In this document: piece by piece, positions 11,711 to 25,399 of the stretch
How positions within the stretch are numbered: position 1 is the stretch's first letter
How the letters are laid out: every line of letters starts with the position of its first letter
NCBI RefSeq assembly: GCF_026210795.1
Contig: NC_089432.1
Span: forward strand, 3,472,001-3,536,000
Reading direction: 5' to 3'
Source: Rhizophagus irregularis
Lineage: Eukaryota
Length of the DNA: 64,000 bases
Translations under genes and position numbers: made by a program
The notes under the pieces: model-generated
What the model saw: only the letters and a program-made list of their open reading frames with translations
What the model was told of the DNA's origin: nothing
Databases searched by the model: none

Positions 11711-14470
11711 TTGTATTTATTTATTTATTTTATGTGAAGCCAGACAGACTATTAAACAGGACATATACCATACGTGAGTTATCCTACTTCTAGCTATCAT
11801 CCATCACCAGGATGGACCCAAACTTCTTTAAGACCGTTGGAACCAGCCTGATCCCCCTCCACTACCGAAAGAAGAACAGGAACGACAATTAAAAAGTGAA
11901 CTAATTAACCCGTATTTTTCTTTCAACCAACCAGGGTTGCCACCTGTAAATACTGTCATAGGTGGAATAATTCACACTATTTGTAGTTGTTAATATCTGT
12001 CCTAAAACGAACTAATGTTTCAAAATATGAAATACAAAATATAGAAACTAAACTATTTCAAATACGAAATTGAAAAATTAAATCTATATTAGTGGGTAAG
12101 AAGTCTTCTTCTTTGGTATCCCTAAAGTTGAAAATACAAACTTTTTTAGTAGGAGGTATAAGATCTATAATTATTATAATGTGTGTGTCTGGCGCGATGC
12201 TTTTTCGGGTGACGTTCTACTATTTTTGTATCATCGGAGGTATCACCAAGGTCATCTTTTACGTATTGGACATCATTCGGTCAAATAATAGCGCGGTACA
12301 GTTTGAAGGGGTAGTGTTCATCCCTGTATTTTTTACCAAAATCGGTTATCAAATTGTTGAGACGCTTCGATGCAACTGCACGTCGATCGGGAGATTTCTT
12401 GGTGTTATGTCCATATGCGTAATTGCGAATTTTTATCATGCGATCATGAAAATCATTAGTCATCCGCGTAAAAAAATCCATGGCATTCGTACGCCTGAGA
12501 TAATGTTTTGTAGAAGTGTTATGATCCCTGATGTCTTTAATGACATTTTCCCTCTCGTTAAGACGATCATGAGCTTTAATCTTGTCAATACGGTCATCAT
12601 TTAGACCTAACATATACGCATCTCTTAAGGATAATTGGATTGTAGAATCTTGTAATAGTAATATAGCATCTATGTATTCTGATGCACCTTTACCATAATG
12701 TTCATCGATGAGATTTGCGATGTACCAATCCCTATAGGAATGTTCAATTGTATCATCATTACTGCCATTATCGGCTGAAAAATCATCATCTTCATCTATA
12801 TGTTGATTCATAGATGCATTCCTGATTAACGGAGAAATGTGAGAAGGTAGAATCTTATCCTCGTGTAAGCGTAAAAGAACGCGATTCTGATCATATGGAA
12901 AACGAAATAAAGGGACAGTTGCATAGCGTTTGAATAATGCCATGTTAAATTTCAAATGAGGGAGTCTTGTTAGGATCTTTGGTGCTGATGAAAGAGGAAC
13001 TTCCTTTGATTCGCAAGTTTAATCTTATGGCGAAGTTTGAGAGCTGGCCCTATTCTGGGTTTTCTATTGTTGAAGATACGTCTACAAGATCGATCAAAAT
13101 GAGTCTTTTACTTTGCAGCAGTTCGAGAATTAGAACTTAATAATTTGGAGAAGTTTTTGTATATCTTAGTGTACATAGGACCGATGGCCTTATTAGGCGG
13201 AGAGATTGCGTTGAGGTCGTGCACTTCATAACGCGTTGTATAAGAAATGCCCAATCGATTTGAAAAAATCTGTTGCCTCGAGTTATTGTTGTATTTTTCA
13301 TAAATAATGTTGGCGTGAAAACTTTTATGATGAATAATATTGTTCGTAGAGGTTGGTATAACTTTTTCCTCCATAGGTAAGTTTATATCTTGAGAAATAC
13401 GCGAATGGTGTTGAATGCAAGCGTGTCTATTAAAATTTTTAACAAAAGGACAAGGTATACGGCATGGTGTTGGTTTTTGATGAGGAAACTTCTTTGTAGG
13501 TAGTTGATTACAAGCTACATAGATACCAAAATGAAATCTGTATCATTTGTAAGAGAAGTTAAAAAAAGTTTTAGTAATATTATTGCTGCACGTGATTTTT
13601 CTCTCACGTGATGTTATTAGATTAATTCTATCCAACAATTTGAGTCGTATCATGTTAAAAAATTTGTTCTGAATACGCCGAGGAATAACTCGTTGATGTA
13701 GAAAAAAGTGCGTGAGGCATTTCGATATTTGAAATCTGTGATTAGGTAATTTACTTGTGAAATAATACCGAATTGGGGTTGATAACATATGATTATCATT
13801 TGTGTATATTTTAAGATGAATTTCATTGGTGTCGGGTATATGATCGATAACCTCAAAAAAGAAACTTTTTGAACGCCTGAATTCATAGATCTTGTTGTAA
13901 CCTGCTTTAGACGTAGCGGTCATGTGAAATTTTTCGAAAGAGACCAAAAAAGAGAAGGTCGAAAGTATTGGTTGAGGTGAAGGAGCTTTGATTATGATAG
14001 TCTGAAGTACGTTATCCTGTGGTTTAATATTCATCCCTAAAACTTTATCAGTAGCAAGTCCGCCTTCAGGAATGTTTCTTCTGTTATCGGAATGTCTGTC
14101 CAACTGCGGATAAGGTTTCGGAAGTTCATATGAGGCCAAGGAAAAGTTGGTGTTCTTGTTGTTTAAAGAAGACATAGTCCCTTAATATTGGGATAAGGTG
14201 AGAAACAAAAACCTTGTATAACGACCAAGGCGCCCTACAGGGCCTCTTTCCCTTTGGAGTTTTCGTAGAAAACTATAAAGATAACTGAACGCAATTTTAC
14301 TGCGGAATACTAACAATTTGGAAAAAAGGGGAAAGAGTTTTTTTTTTTTCACATTATTTGTATTACCATTTGTACTACTATTGTATACAAAAATTACTAT
14401 TTTTGTAACAAAGAAAATTCGTAAGCAGCAGCTGATCATCATAAAAACAAATCTAACCCGAAATGGTTAA
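11711..14470 (-). mobile_element. possible non-LTR retroelement derivative (ORF1-like gene, GC-richer 3' region, (TAAA)n tail)
   Basis: One long decayed intronless ORF. A GC-richer 3' region at 11735-11960 ends in TAAATAAATAAATA on the minus strand. No RT motifs seen. Confidence 0.35.
12281..14175 (-). pseudogene. ~630-codon basic protein pseudogene of unknown function
   Basis: ORFs 13543-14175 and 13108-13374 are one frame broken by TGA (13545-13543, FSYK*YRFHFGIY) and TAA (13110-13108, AAK*KTHF). A frameshift near 12980 leads into ORF 12281-12955. Confidence 0.75.
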
Positions 14471-14484
14471 AATGAAAAATGCGA

Positions 14485-17347
14485 GGGTGATCATCAAAGG
14501 ATATAACCTTATTATTTACGTCACAAGTGCATAGGATATATCCTTTGGTGGGCAGCCCATGGGCATTATTATATAAGTCACGTGACTTATAATTTTAACG
14601 TTAATATTTTAATGCTAATTTCAGCACATACTTATAATACCTATAATATCTGGCACACAATCCCAGAGAAACATGCGTTGGTTTAGCGCATGTTTCCCAG
14701 AGTAACATGTGGTAACTCTGGCGCATGTTCCCAGTAACATGTGATGACTCTGGCGCATGTTCCCTACTGTAACATGCGATGATTCTGGCACATGTTCCCT
14801 ACTGTAACATGCGATGACTCTGGCGCATGTTCCCTATTGTAACATGCGATGACTCTGGCGTATGTTCCCTACTGTAACATGCGATTGGTTTGAACTTGGC
14901 GTTATGTAACATGCGGCGACTGGCGCATATTCCCTACTGTAACATACGGTGACTCGGCGCATGTTCCCTACTATAACATGCGGTGACTCTGGCGCATGTT
15001 TTCTACTGTAACATGCAGTGACTCTGGCGCATGTTTCCTACTGTAACATGCGGTGACTCTGGCGCATGTTTCCTACTGTAACATGCGATGACTCTTGCGC
15101 ATGTTCCCTACTGTAACATGCGATGACTCTGGCGCATATAACATGCGGTGACTCTGGCGCATGTTTCCTACTGTAACATGCGGTGACTCTGATGCATGTT
15201 CCCTATAGTAACATGTGGTGACTCTAGTTTATTTTTCTTACTGTAACATGCAGTGATTTTAGTACATATTCTTATATCTAAAATACCAAATATTTAATAC
15301 TAAGCATTACTAGAATCAATGCATATTATGTTATAGAATATTGCATATTATGTTTTAGAAATATATATAACTTTACTAAAAATGGCCATTTTTTTGAAAT
15401 AGTATTTAAGGTTTATTTTTAGTAATTTTAGCAATAAAATAATAAAACAAAAAAAAATAAACAAAAAAAAATAAACAAAAAAAAATAAACAAAAAAAAAT
15501 AAACAAAAAAAAAATAAACAAAAAAAAAAATAAACAAAAAAAAAATAAACAAAAAAAAAAATAAACAAAAAAAAAATAAACAAAAAAAAAAAAAATAATA
15601 AAATAACAAAAAACAACAAAAAATAAAAAATAACAAATGATTTGCATAATCATGTTGTATATTTTAAAGTTTATAAATAATTAATTTTATGATCATGTAA
15701 ATCACTTTACTGATACAAATATAATAATCATTTGTTTTTTTTCATTCCTATATATTCAATTTTTTCTTTTTTTTTTATTTGATTTTATTTTTTTTATTTG
15801 ATTTTATTTTTTTTATTGATTTTATTTTTTTTTGTTAATTTTATTTTTTTTTTTGTTAATTTTATTTTTTTTTTGTTAACTTTATTTTTTTTTATTAATT
15901 TTTTATTGTTTTATTATTTTTTTGCTAAAATTACTAAAATAAACTTTAAATACTATTTCAAAAAAAATATATAACAATTTAATATGTATTTTCTACCATA
16001 ATATGCAGTAATCATAGCACATATTCCAGATACTGTATATTATTTATTAATATAATATGCAGTAATTTAGCATACATTCCAATGTAAATTTATAATGTAT
16101 ATACAACAATTCTTGCATATATTCCTGATGCATAATATGCAATATTCTATAATATAATGCAGTGATTCTGGTAATATTCAGTTTAAATATTTGATGTTTT
16201 AAACATAAGAATATGTATCAGAAATCAGAATCATTACAGTACCAGAGTTACCACATGTTATGGTAAGAAACATGCACCAGAATTACCGCATGTTACAGTA
16301 GGAAATATGCACCAAAGTCATTGCATGTTACAGAAATAAACATGGAGAGAATTTGTGTGCTAGAATTATCACATATTGCTTTAGTAATATATTCCAGAAT
16401 TAAGATCTTTATAAAATTATATGTCACGTAACTTATATAGTAATGCCCATGGGATGCCCACCAAAGGATATAACCTCTGGAAAATGTGTGGTAGGGACTA
16501 GCGCATGTTACTCTGGGAAACATGCGGCAAGGACAAGCGCATGTTACTCTGGGAAACATGCGGCGGGACTAGCGCATGTTACTCTGGGAAACATGCGGCA
16601 AGGACTAGCGCATGTTACTCTGGGAAACATGCGGCAAGGACTAGCGCATGTTACTCTGGGAAACATGCGGCAAGGACTAGCGCATGTTACTCTTAGAAAC
16701 ATGCGGCAAGGACTAGCGCATGTTACTCTTGGAAACATGCGGCAAGGACTAGCGCATGTTACTCTGGGAAACATGCGGCGGGACTAGCGCATGTTACTCT
16801 GGGAAACATGCGGCAAGGACTAGCGCATGTTACTCTGGGAAACATGCGGCAAGGACTAGCGCATGTTACTCTGGGAAACATGCGGCAAGGACTAGCGCAT
16901 GTTACTCTTAGAAACATACGGCAAGGACTAGCGCATGTTACTCTTGGAAACATGCGGCAAGGACTAGCGCATGTTACTCTGGGAAACATGCGGCGGGACT
17001 AGCGCATGTTACTCTGGGAAACATGCGGCAAGGACTAGCGCATGTTACTCTGGGAAACATGCGGCAAGGACTAGCGCATGTTACTCTGGGAAACATGCGG
17101 CAAGGACTAGCGCATGTTACTCTGGGAAATATGCGCCAGACTAATGCATGTTTCTCTGGAAATGTGCGCCAGACGTTATGGGCATTATAGGTATGTGCTG
17201 AAATTAGCATTAAAATATTAACGTTAAAATTAAAAGTCACGTGACTTATATAGTAATGCCCATGGGCCGCCCACCAAAGGATATAACCTATTCACTTGTG
17301 ACGTAAATAATAAGGTTATATCCTTTGATGATCACCCGAGTGGGGTG
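14485..17347. mobile_element. non-autonomous foldback DNA transposon, copy 2 (8-bp TSD AAATGCGA; left TIR lacks its terminal 10 bp)
   Basis: Colinear with 7879-11055. TSD at 14477-14484 and 17348-17355. Tandem arrays at ~14690-15250 and ~16495-17135. Confidence 0.95.
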
Positions 17348-18429
17348 AAATGCGAAGTAAAATTATTTTCGGTAATGTAGATCATATAATTTTTTTTTTT
17401 GTATTTTCAAAAAAATAAATAGCAATAAACCTATAATAGAAAATCATTGCATATATCAAAAATAAATTAGTTTGGAATAAACATCAACCTATAATAGAAA
17501 ATCAAACATTTTAATTAATATATTTTAATTAATGAAAATCAAGGTTACAGATTATAGTTTGCACATACACTAAGCTTTTTTTGTCTTTACGCTAGGAAGA
17601 TAAATAATAGTATTGTATAATTGGTTTAAATGAACCTTGTCTAGTAAATATGATAAATGAAAGAAATGTAAGGTATTTCATACTATTATCCGTATTGAGA
17701 AGATAATATTATGAAGATGATCAAACATTGAAGTATCGAAATTTTATTGTATATACGTACAGTAAATCAATAAATAATCTTGAAAAGTTTTATTATGCAA
17801 TTTTAAATTGAGTAAATTTTAAAACAAAAAAAAAAATTATTTATCTTTTATCTTAGTAAATGATATTTATTTAATTATGTATTAAGAGATATATTTTTTG
17901 AATAGAGACCATATTTTCCACATTACCTTTGCACTAATCTTATTAATCTTAAAAAAATTGAGAATGAATAAAGTGTGAAAATTATGGTCAAGTAGTAAAT
18001 AGCTCTTATATTAACAAATCTATTTCTATGATAAAAATATTAATAAATGTTTTTAAAAAGGACAATCTAAGTATCTAACGGATTACAGGTTTCATGAAGA
18101 TAAATACATCATATTTTGAATATTGTATTTTTAAGTTCGAAAATTATTATTTATTTTTTATGTATTAAAAAAATAAATTCCATTTTCCTTTGTTGCTCTT
18201 ACTACTATTTTAATATTTATCTCCTCTAATCTATTTAAATATTATTAACTAAATTAAATCTATACTATTATCATTTAATATTTATATTTGTTTCTAATTG
18301 AGTAAGAGGGAGGTTAGTTGTTATGTTAGCTGACATTTCTGTTTTCTTATTGTTATGGTAGTATGTAAAAAAAAATTAAGATTTGAAAACACACAAGTGC
18401 ATGTGTACCAAGCCTATAATTATAAAGCA

Positions 18430-18626
18430 TTGTCGGAACATTTCCTGAATGCCATTTTCCTGAATATATCTTTTTCCGAAGTCAATTACCTGAATACTAA
18501 TTGCCCAAACTGGACCCTTTCTGAAAAATACAATTTCCGAATCCATATTTCCCAAACTCCAATTTCTTGAAATCTATTTCTCGAATCCTGAATCTCGAAT
18601 ATCTCGAATCCCAATATCCTGAATCC
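18430..18626. repeat. degenerate short-period TTTCC(C/T)GAA repeat, likely transposon subterminal remnant
   Basis: tttcctgaa, tttccgaa, tttctgaa and tctcgaatc recur about every 8-20 bp. Confidence 0.5.
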
Positions 18627-20139
18627 TAATAATAACCCAAGCATAAATCAACCGGAAAGAATGATCTAGATTTTAAGTACTAAGTCCAAATTTGTTATCA
18701 TGAAATGAAGAGAGTTGAAAGTGTTTAAGGAAGTTAATCATCATTTCAAATATTAATCATTTTATAAATTGTCAAGAAAAATAATGAATAAACTAAGTAA
18801 ATTTAATTGAAAAAATTCCCATCATTTTTATCAAAATGATTCTTTACAGCTGATGTTTTTTGATATTTATTTTTTTTGCATTATTCTTAACAATAATTGA
18901 GTGTTTTAAATTAAATCTAATACACAATGTAATATAATTTTCTGGTTATATTTTATGCTTTGAAGTAAATATTTAATACAGTAATATAGTTTAGACATGC
19001 AGTAGATAAATAAACTTATAGTAATTATCCGAAATGTACTGAAAGACTATATACTTTTATACTTCTATGCAAAGGTCAAAAATGTTCATTCTGTCCGTCC
19101 AGCACGTACTTTTAAACAGCACGCACTTCGGACTTAAAACAGTTTCCGTTTTCTAGTATAACATAATTATAAGCGTATGCCGCTGGATAGTCGCTGGATC
19201 TTGTAATTATAATACAAGATATTTAATAAAGGAAAAAATTTTCGTAAAATTTTTCTGTCGTTCTTTGGCAGGAAATAAAATATTATTTGATAAAAATTTT
19301 CAGAAAAATTGTCCAAATTTACGATATGTTAAGCATGATGTGCTAAATATTGGTACTATGTCGTATAATAATTATACTCCTGATCCATCCACGTTAAGGT
19401 AATTTTAGCAGGTGTTATATGATAAAAAAAAGGAACATTTATTATATTTTTAATATCATATTTATTAATTTATGATGAAATTTTTTCTTTTGTTGGAAAG
19501 CACAACATAAGAAATATATTAACAACGATGTAAAAAAAAAATAAAAAATTTAATAAAAAGAAAATTATAATAATGTACTGTTAGGTTAGAAATTTTAAAT
19601 AATATTTAAAAACGAGATGCCGACTTACAATAAATCTTATGTTACACTATATATACTAAGAATTTTTTATGCCCGTCCCTTAAGATATTATATAATATCT
19701 GTCACTGCCTTAATAAAACAAACTTTAGAAACAAAGTATCATGATAATTTTGTCGACCTTGAACGAAGTTTTGCTTCTTTAAAAGAAAATTTTTTCTTTA
19801 TAATTAAAATCAAAATAAAATCTAAAATTTATAGAACATGTGTAGCATGAACATTTAAGAACGCGTAATCTGTGACAAGTTGATATTATCTGAATAATAC
19901 GAGTATTTATAAACACAAATCTGAAACTGAACATGTTTTATAGAAAATAATAATAGCTAGTAGTGCATTTGTCCTTTTGGAAGTATAAGTTAATATTAAA
20001 CTAGTCTGATTTACTCAAATACCACTATCAGGTGCCAGCATATTCAATAAGAATATTCTTATTTTTGAAAAAAATTTCAAATTAGTTAATTGATTACCGT
20101 ATATTATTAAATTTTTTTTTTCACAAAAAAATACATGTA

Positions 20140-20960
20140 CAATTCCTTTCGCTCCTTTGCACGGCACTCAAGATACATTTTCTTTCTTTTTTTTTATTTG
20201 CTTCTTGCATTTTGTTTCCTACTAACTTTATTTCATTTTTTTAGGTCCTTTAGCTCTTTCGGCTTTGCAATTAAGGTATATATATCCAGCACTAGGCCGT
20301 TTCTTATTTTTTATTTCATTCTTATATTTCGTTTCTTACATTTTGTATTTCACTTTTTTTAGATCTTTCGGTTCTTCTCTACAACTACTAAGGTATGTTT
20401 TTATTTTTTTATTTTCGTTTATTTATTACATGTAATTTCTGTTCCCTACTAACTTTATTTCTTCTTTTATTTTATGGGTTTGGTTTTACTTGGTCCCCTG
20501 TTTATCTCATTTTCGTTCCTTCTCCATTTTTTGTTCTTTTTCGTCTCTTCATTTTTTTGCTTATTTATTCTTCCCTTCCTTTGTTTTTTCCATTGTTCTT
20601 TATTTTCTCTTCGTTCCTTTCATTTTTTTTTGTTCCACTTCGTCTCTTTCGTTCCTTTACACTACCCTTCATTCCTTTTGTTTTATTCCATTCCCCACTT
20701 CATCTTTTTTATTCCTTTACACTACCTTTCATTCTTTTTATTCCCCCTTTGCTCCATCTCGTCTCTCCTTCATTCTTTTCATTTTTTTTCATTCCCACTT
20801 GATCTTTTTTGCCCCTTTCGCTTTTTTCACTCCCCCTTTGCTCCATTTCGTTCCTCCTTCAATCCCCCCTTTGTTTCTTTCATTCCCATTCACCCTCATT
20901 TTTTTTTCCTTTTTTTATTCACATATTCTCTTTTCTTTATCGTTGTGACTTTTTTTTGTT
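20140..20960. repeat. pyrimidine-rich low-complexity tract with short internal duplications
   Basis: T/C-rich sequence with repeated ttcctttacactacc and ccccctttgctccat. Produces spurious Phe/Leu ORFs. Confidence 0.7.
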
Positions 20961-21436
20961 ATTCCTATCAAAAAATCTAGTATTTTGGATAGTATGAGTT
21001 TGTTTTTTTCAATCAATGATTAATGTAATCTATTAAAAATTAATAAATTGCTATAAACTTTTAGTGCGAAAATATTTTAAGCATTGTTTATTATATATTT
21101 AAAAATTTAGCCAATCAAAAAATTTCAAAAAATTTGCAGAGGATTTATATGCAAATTACGAAGTGAGAAATATTAAAATTTACATCAATCAAATTTAATA
21201 AATTTAATAAATTAATCGTGAGTGAAATCACCTAGATGAAATCACCCTAGGTGATCTTCACCCGGAGAGAAAGTTAGCAACAGTCATCTTATTAAATAAG
21301 TTTTATGTAATTATTTCAACCTCCAATACCTTTTTTGTTTACTATTGATTTTTTTACGTCCAGTAATTATATGGTTAAAAAAATATATATATATATATTT
21401 TTTTAAAAAAAAGAAAAAGAGAATGATTATTATTAT

Positions 21437-23415
21437 TTAAGTTTCACTAGAGGTTTCATTTTGAGTCATGGTTGGAAGAAGATTTTCTTGTAATGCGGAT
21501 GCTAGTGATTGGCTTCGAGTCTTCTTGGTGGATGATAACTGCGAAAGTATAACACAACCTCTTCTTGAACGTATGAGGTGTGTTCCTTGAACTTGTTGAC
21601 TCTTCAACCATGGTAGGTTAGTGGATTGAACAGATATATTGCTAGAAATTAGTGATATATCATCTAATTTCAAGACATGTTTCCTAGGGATGGGAACGTT
21701 CCACGACTTAGCGACTCGAGCACAGTTCGGAACCGAGAATGGAACTGAAACTGAAAACTGGTTCGGTTCTTTGGAACCGAGTCGTTCAACTTGAGCAGCT
21801 CAGTTCCGTTCAGAATATTAGTATAATTTTTTAAGAACCGTGAAGATCATTAACATCACACTAGTAATAATAGGCAGTCACCCATTGCGCATCGGGACCA
21901 ATGAGTTTGTTTAGATAGAAAATTTTAGTATCATAATGTAATACTAAGTAAATTAAAGATGGTTATAGTAGTTTTTTGTTTATAATTAGGAATTTAATAA
22001 ATATGGTAATAACTAATTAGTTAACAAAAAAGAATAAAATAATATGTATTAATTATTGATGATTTGACGTTTGAGTGTAGAATGAAATTTGGATTAATTA
22101 AGGAATTGTGAAAAAATAATTATCAATAAAAATTGATTAATTTTTTTTAGAAGTATTTTCTAAAAAACTTTAATATTATGAAAATATTACAAATATATTT
22201 ATTAATTAGTAATTATATTATTTCTTATAAGTTTAAGATTAACGTAATATAAATAATAACCAACTTAGGAAAAATATTTGAACAATTAAATGTATTAGAA
22301 TCTCATTTCATTTATTATTATTCTTTTGATACTCATTTTACTCGATAAATTATTAATTTAACTAAGCCATTTGAACTAAAAACTTTATTCAAAAATCTGG
22401 TGATTATTTAGAGAATTTCGGATATGGATTTGGTTATAATAACCTATTATCAAATCAATTAATTAATTATAAAATATTGTAAAAATATCAATTTTTTTAA
22501 TTTGAAAATCAAACTATTTATCCAGCGTTCAATTTAATTGAAATAATCTTAATCATATTATCAACATCAGTCAATTTTCCTACATATTATATTAATTTTT
22601 TTAAAAAAAATATAATTGTAAATATATTTAATATAATATTTTATTTTTTTATTTAGTAATGAAAAAAAATAAAAAAAATTTGAGGGGAAGAAAAAGGATA
22701 AAGAAAAAAAGGATATCCGAAAAAAAATAAGTACCGAAAAAATTCGTTCCAAAAAGAGTGGAAAAAAAATAACAATACCAGACTAAGAAAAAGATTAAAA
22801 AATTCCGATTAAGGTAAAATTGCATTAACCGAAATTGGATTAGTTGATTGAAATGTGCACAGATATAAATCATCATCTTTTAAATGGGAACGTAAAATTT
22901 TTAAGAATTTCTATGCAGTTACACTACGAAATTAATGATTATAAATCAACTGTTCGAGAACCATCCCGTAATTAATCAAGTAAGATAGCAACCCATTTAG
23001 AGAAAATTTTGGATCTATTCGGAATTTCGGATTCAAACTAGTAACTTAGTTTCAGAAATTATCATCTAGTGATCCAGACAAGCATTGTAAGATAAGCATT
23101 CATCTGGAATTTATCCGCCTAAAAACATTACGTATTAGTGCATAAAAAGTCCCAAACCGACTCAAGCCATTCTGTGAAACCGAACCGCTCAGAACTGGTT
23201 TTCCAGAACGGTTCTGCTCAGAACCGGTTCCTCTGCTCAAAAGAACTGGAACCAAACTGATAGAACCATCCCCATCCCTAAAGTTTCCCAGGTGTAGTTT
23301 CTTGATAATAGAGTAGGCCTGTTAAAATTGCCATTGTAGATCTCATCGTTTGATTGATAGAATTAGTTTTATTAGCCAAATAATTAATATTTGGATTACC
23401 ACAAGAACAGATTCG
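21437..23415 (-). pseudogene. gene fragment of unknown function interrupted by a hAT element
   Basis: Removing 21685-23280 plus one TSD gives the continuous frame NYLANKTNSINQTMRSTMAILTGLLYYQETTPGKHVLKLDDISLISS...SSET*. Confidence 0.6.
21685..23280. mobile_element. non-autonomous hAT element (1596 bp)
   Basis: TIR TAGGGATGGG...CCCATCCCTA (Ac-like). 8-bp TSD ATGTTTCC/AAGTTTCC (7/8 match). GGTTC/GAACC subterminal repeats. Confidence 0.9.
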
Positions 23416-23964
23416 TCATCCAAATTTTTTAACAGTTTGAGCGGTCAAACCCGTTTATGCCTATAGCTGGCATCATATCAAAATCAAGATTTTCCAAGAT
23501 TCATTTTTTTTAAAAAAAAAAACTTTTATTTGATATTTGATAAAAAAAAATCTAAATTTTTTTCATTTTTTTTTGATAATTTCGATAATAAAATAAAGGA
23601 GTTTAATCACTGGAAAAAAATCTATTTTGAGATTTATTTTTTTTTTGATCATTCATATATGCTTTTTTGTAATTATTCATTTATATCTTTATAAAAAAAA
23701 AGTTTTTACAAAAGAAAAAAAAAACTGATCTTTATTTGTTTCCTATCTCTTTTTTTTTTTTACTCATTTACTCAATCAAATTTCATAATTTACATTAATA
23801 AATGAATCAAATAAATTCATGCAAATATTGGTTTTTGGAATTTGTAATGAAAATATATGTAAAAAAAAAAACATTTTTTTTTGTTTCGCAACTTTTATTT
23901 GGCTGTTCCAATTTCCATAAGAAATTTTTTTATAAAGAATTTTTATAAAGAATTAAATTTTATA

Positions 23965-24161
23965 CAGTGACACCTCTCTAAGTGCACCCTCCTTGGGACC
24001 ATAGTAAAAAAATAGTAGAATGTGCACTTAGAGAGGGTGTGCATTTATAGAGAGTAAAATATTAAGAGCTCTTATAAGTTGGGACCAGGCCCACCGTGCA
24101 CTTAAAGAGAATTTATATAGTGCGTGCACTTATAGAGGGTGCACTTATAGAGGTGTCACTG
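23965..24161. mobile_element. Tc1/mariner (pogo/Tigger-like) MITE, 197 bp
   Basis: TA|CAGTGACACCTCT...AGAGGTGTCACTG|TA, with repeated GTGCACTTA subterminal motifs. Confidence 0.92.
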
Positions 24162-24169
24162 TATTGCGA

Positions 24170-24530
24170 TATTGTGTAATAAAGTATATTGAGTAATACG
24201 TAAAACATTTTTTTTAATAATTTTTATTTTGCATAAATATTGCATAATACTGTATGTTGAGTAACATGTAAAATTTTTTTATTTTATGAATGAAAAAAAT
24301 GAAGAAAAAATATATATATATAGGCCATAGATTCATAAGAAAGGAGGGTGGCCATTATACTCTTAGATTTAGGATTTATTATTCTTATTCCCAAGTCTAT
24401 AATATTTTTCTAAGATATTAAATTCGGTCGTATAGATGAGTAGATCACAACCAAAAAAGAGTATACTTTGCAAGTGTCTATGGGTCACTTTATTTTTAAA
24501 AAATATAAAAAAAATTGTAACATTAGTATT
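24170..24530. repeat. dispersed repeat, copy 2 (see 4750-5285)
   Basis: Direct similarity to 4750-5285. Confidence 0.75.
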
Positions 24531-25399
24531 TTATTGTATGCGTGACTGTAGATCATGCGTGATTATTAACCGGCCAAATATAGATCATGTGGGGTGAAAA
24601 AAATGGGAAGATATAGGTCGCCTAATCTAATACATATTATTCTGCACCTTATTTCTTTCTAGTTAGATCAAATGATTTCTTCTACAAGTCGTGTATCTAT
24701 TGGTCAATATTCTGAACACAGTGAAAAGATTGAAATGTATTGGGTTGAATTCACTATCATTTTCAACTAAAAAAGAAAAAAAAAATTTGTTCGCTTCACA
24801 AATGTTTAATATATTATCTAAGTTATTACTAGCACATTGTCCGAATTATATCATCATCAAAAGCCAATGAAGACTTCGATGGATAAAATTGAATGGAGGA
24901 TTGAGAAAGAAAAAGGGTAGTTAATTTTGCAAGTAGTAGCAGTAGTATTACCAATGATGAAGTTAGTATAGACTATGGAACAGTGGGAGGGAACTCTCAT
25001 TTTATGGATTAAGGCTCGAAATGTTTCTAATTTTTCTTTTTCTAAAATAAAAAATAATAAAGAAAGTTTTCAGTTTTGCCTGATTTTGTTTGGGTTTATC
25101 TTTTTAATTGTGCACATATGTGAAAATAATTACTTTTTATTTACTTGGATACAATATAAATCATGATAAAAAAAAATACAGCTTTATCTATAAAAATTAT
25201 AAATGAGACTTATTACCAAATATAAGCAACCAGCCACTATCTCTATAATAAAGTAGATCATTTCTTAGAAATTTTTTGTTAGAATCTAACTCCAATAAAA
25301 TAACCCCATCGGCCTATCCTACAAACATTATGCTCATTTCATTAAAGCTATTATAGTGACTATTATATTATAGTGGCTATTAAGAATAATAATAAAGGA

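Noticed and set aside
12092..12604. 170-aa plus-strand ORF (also 33681-33995, 54695-54943, 57430-57708)
   Set aside because: Antisense shadows of better-supported coding sequences.
15348..15653. Phe-rich membrane-like ORFs (also 20135-20997, 22567-22876)
   Set aside because: Translations of A-rich or pyrimidine-rich low-complexity tracts.
19045..19200. Possible Helitron 5' end (tatacttctatgc..gtccgtcc)
   Set aside because: No matching 3' hairpin plus CTAG end could be assigned confidently.
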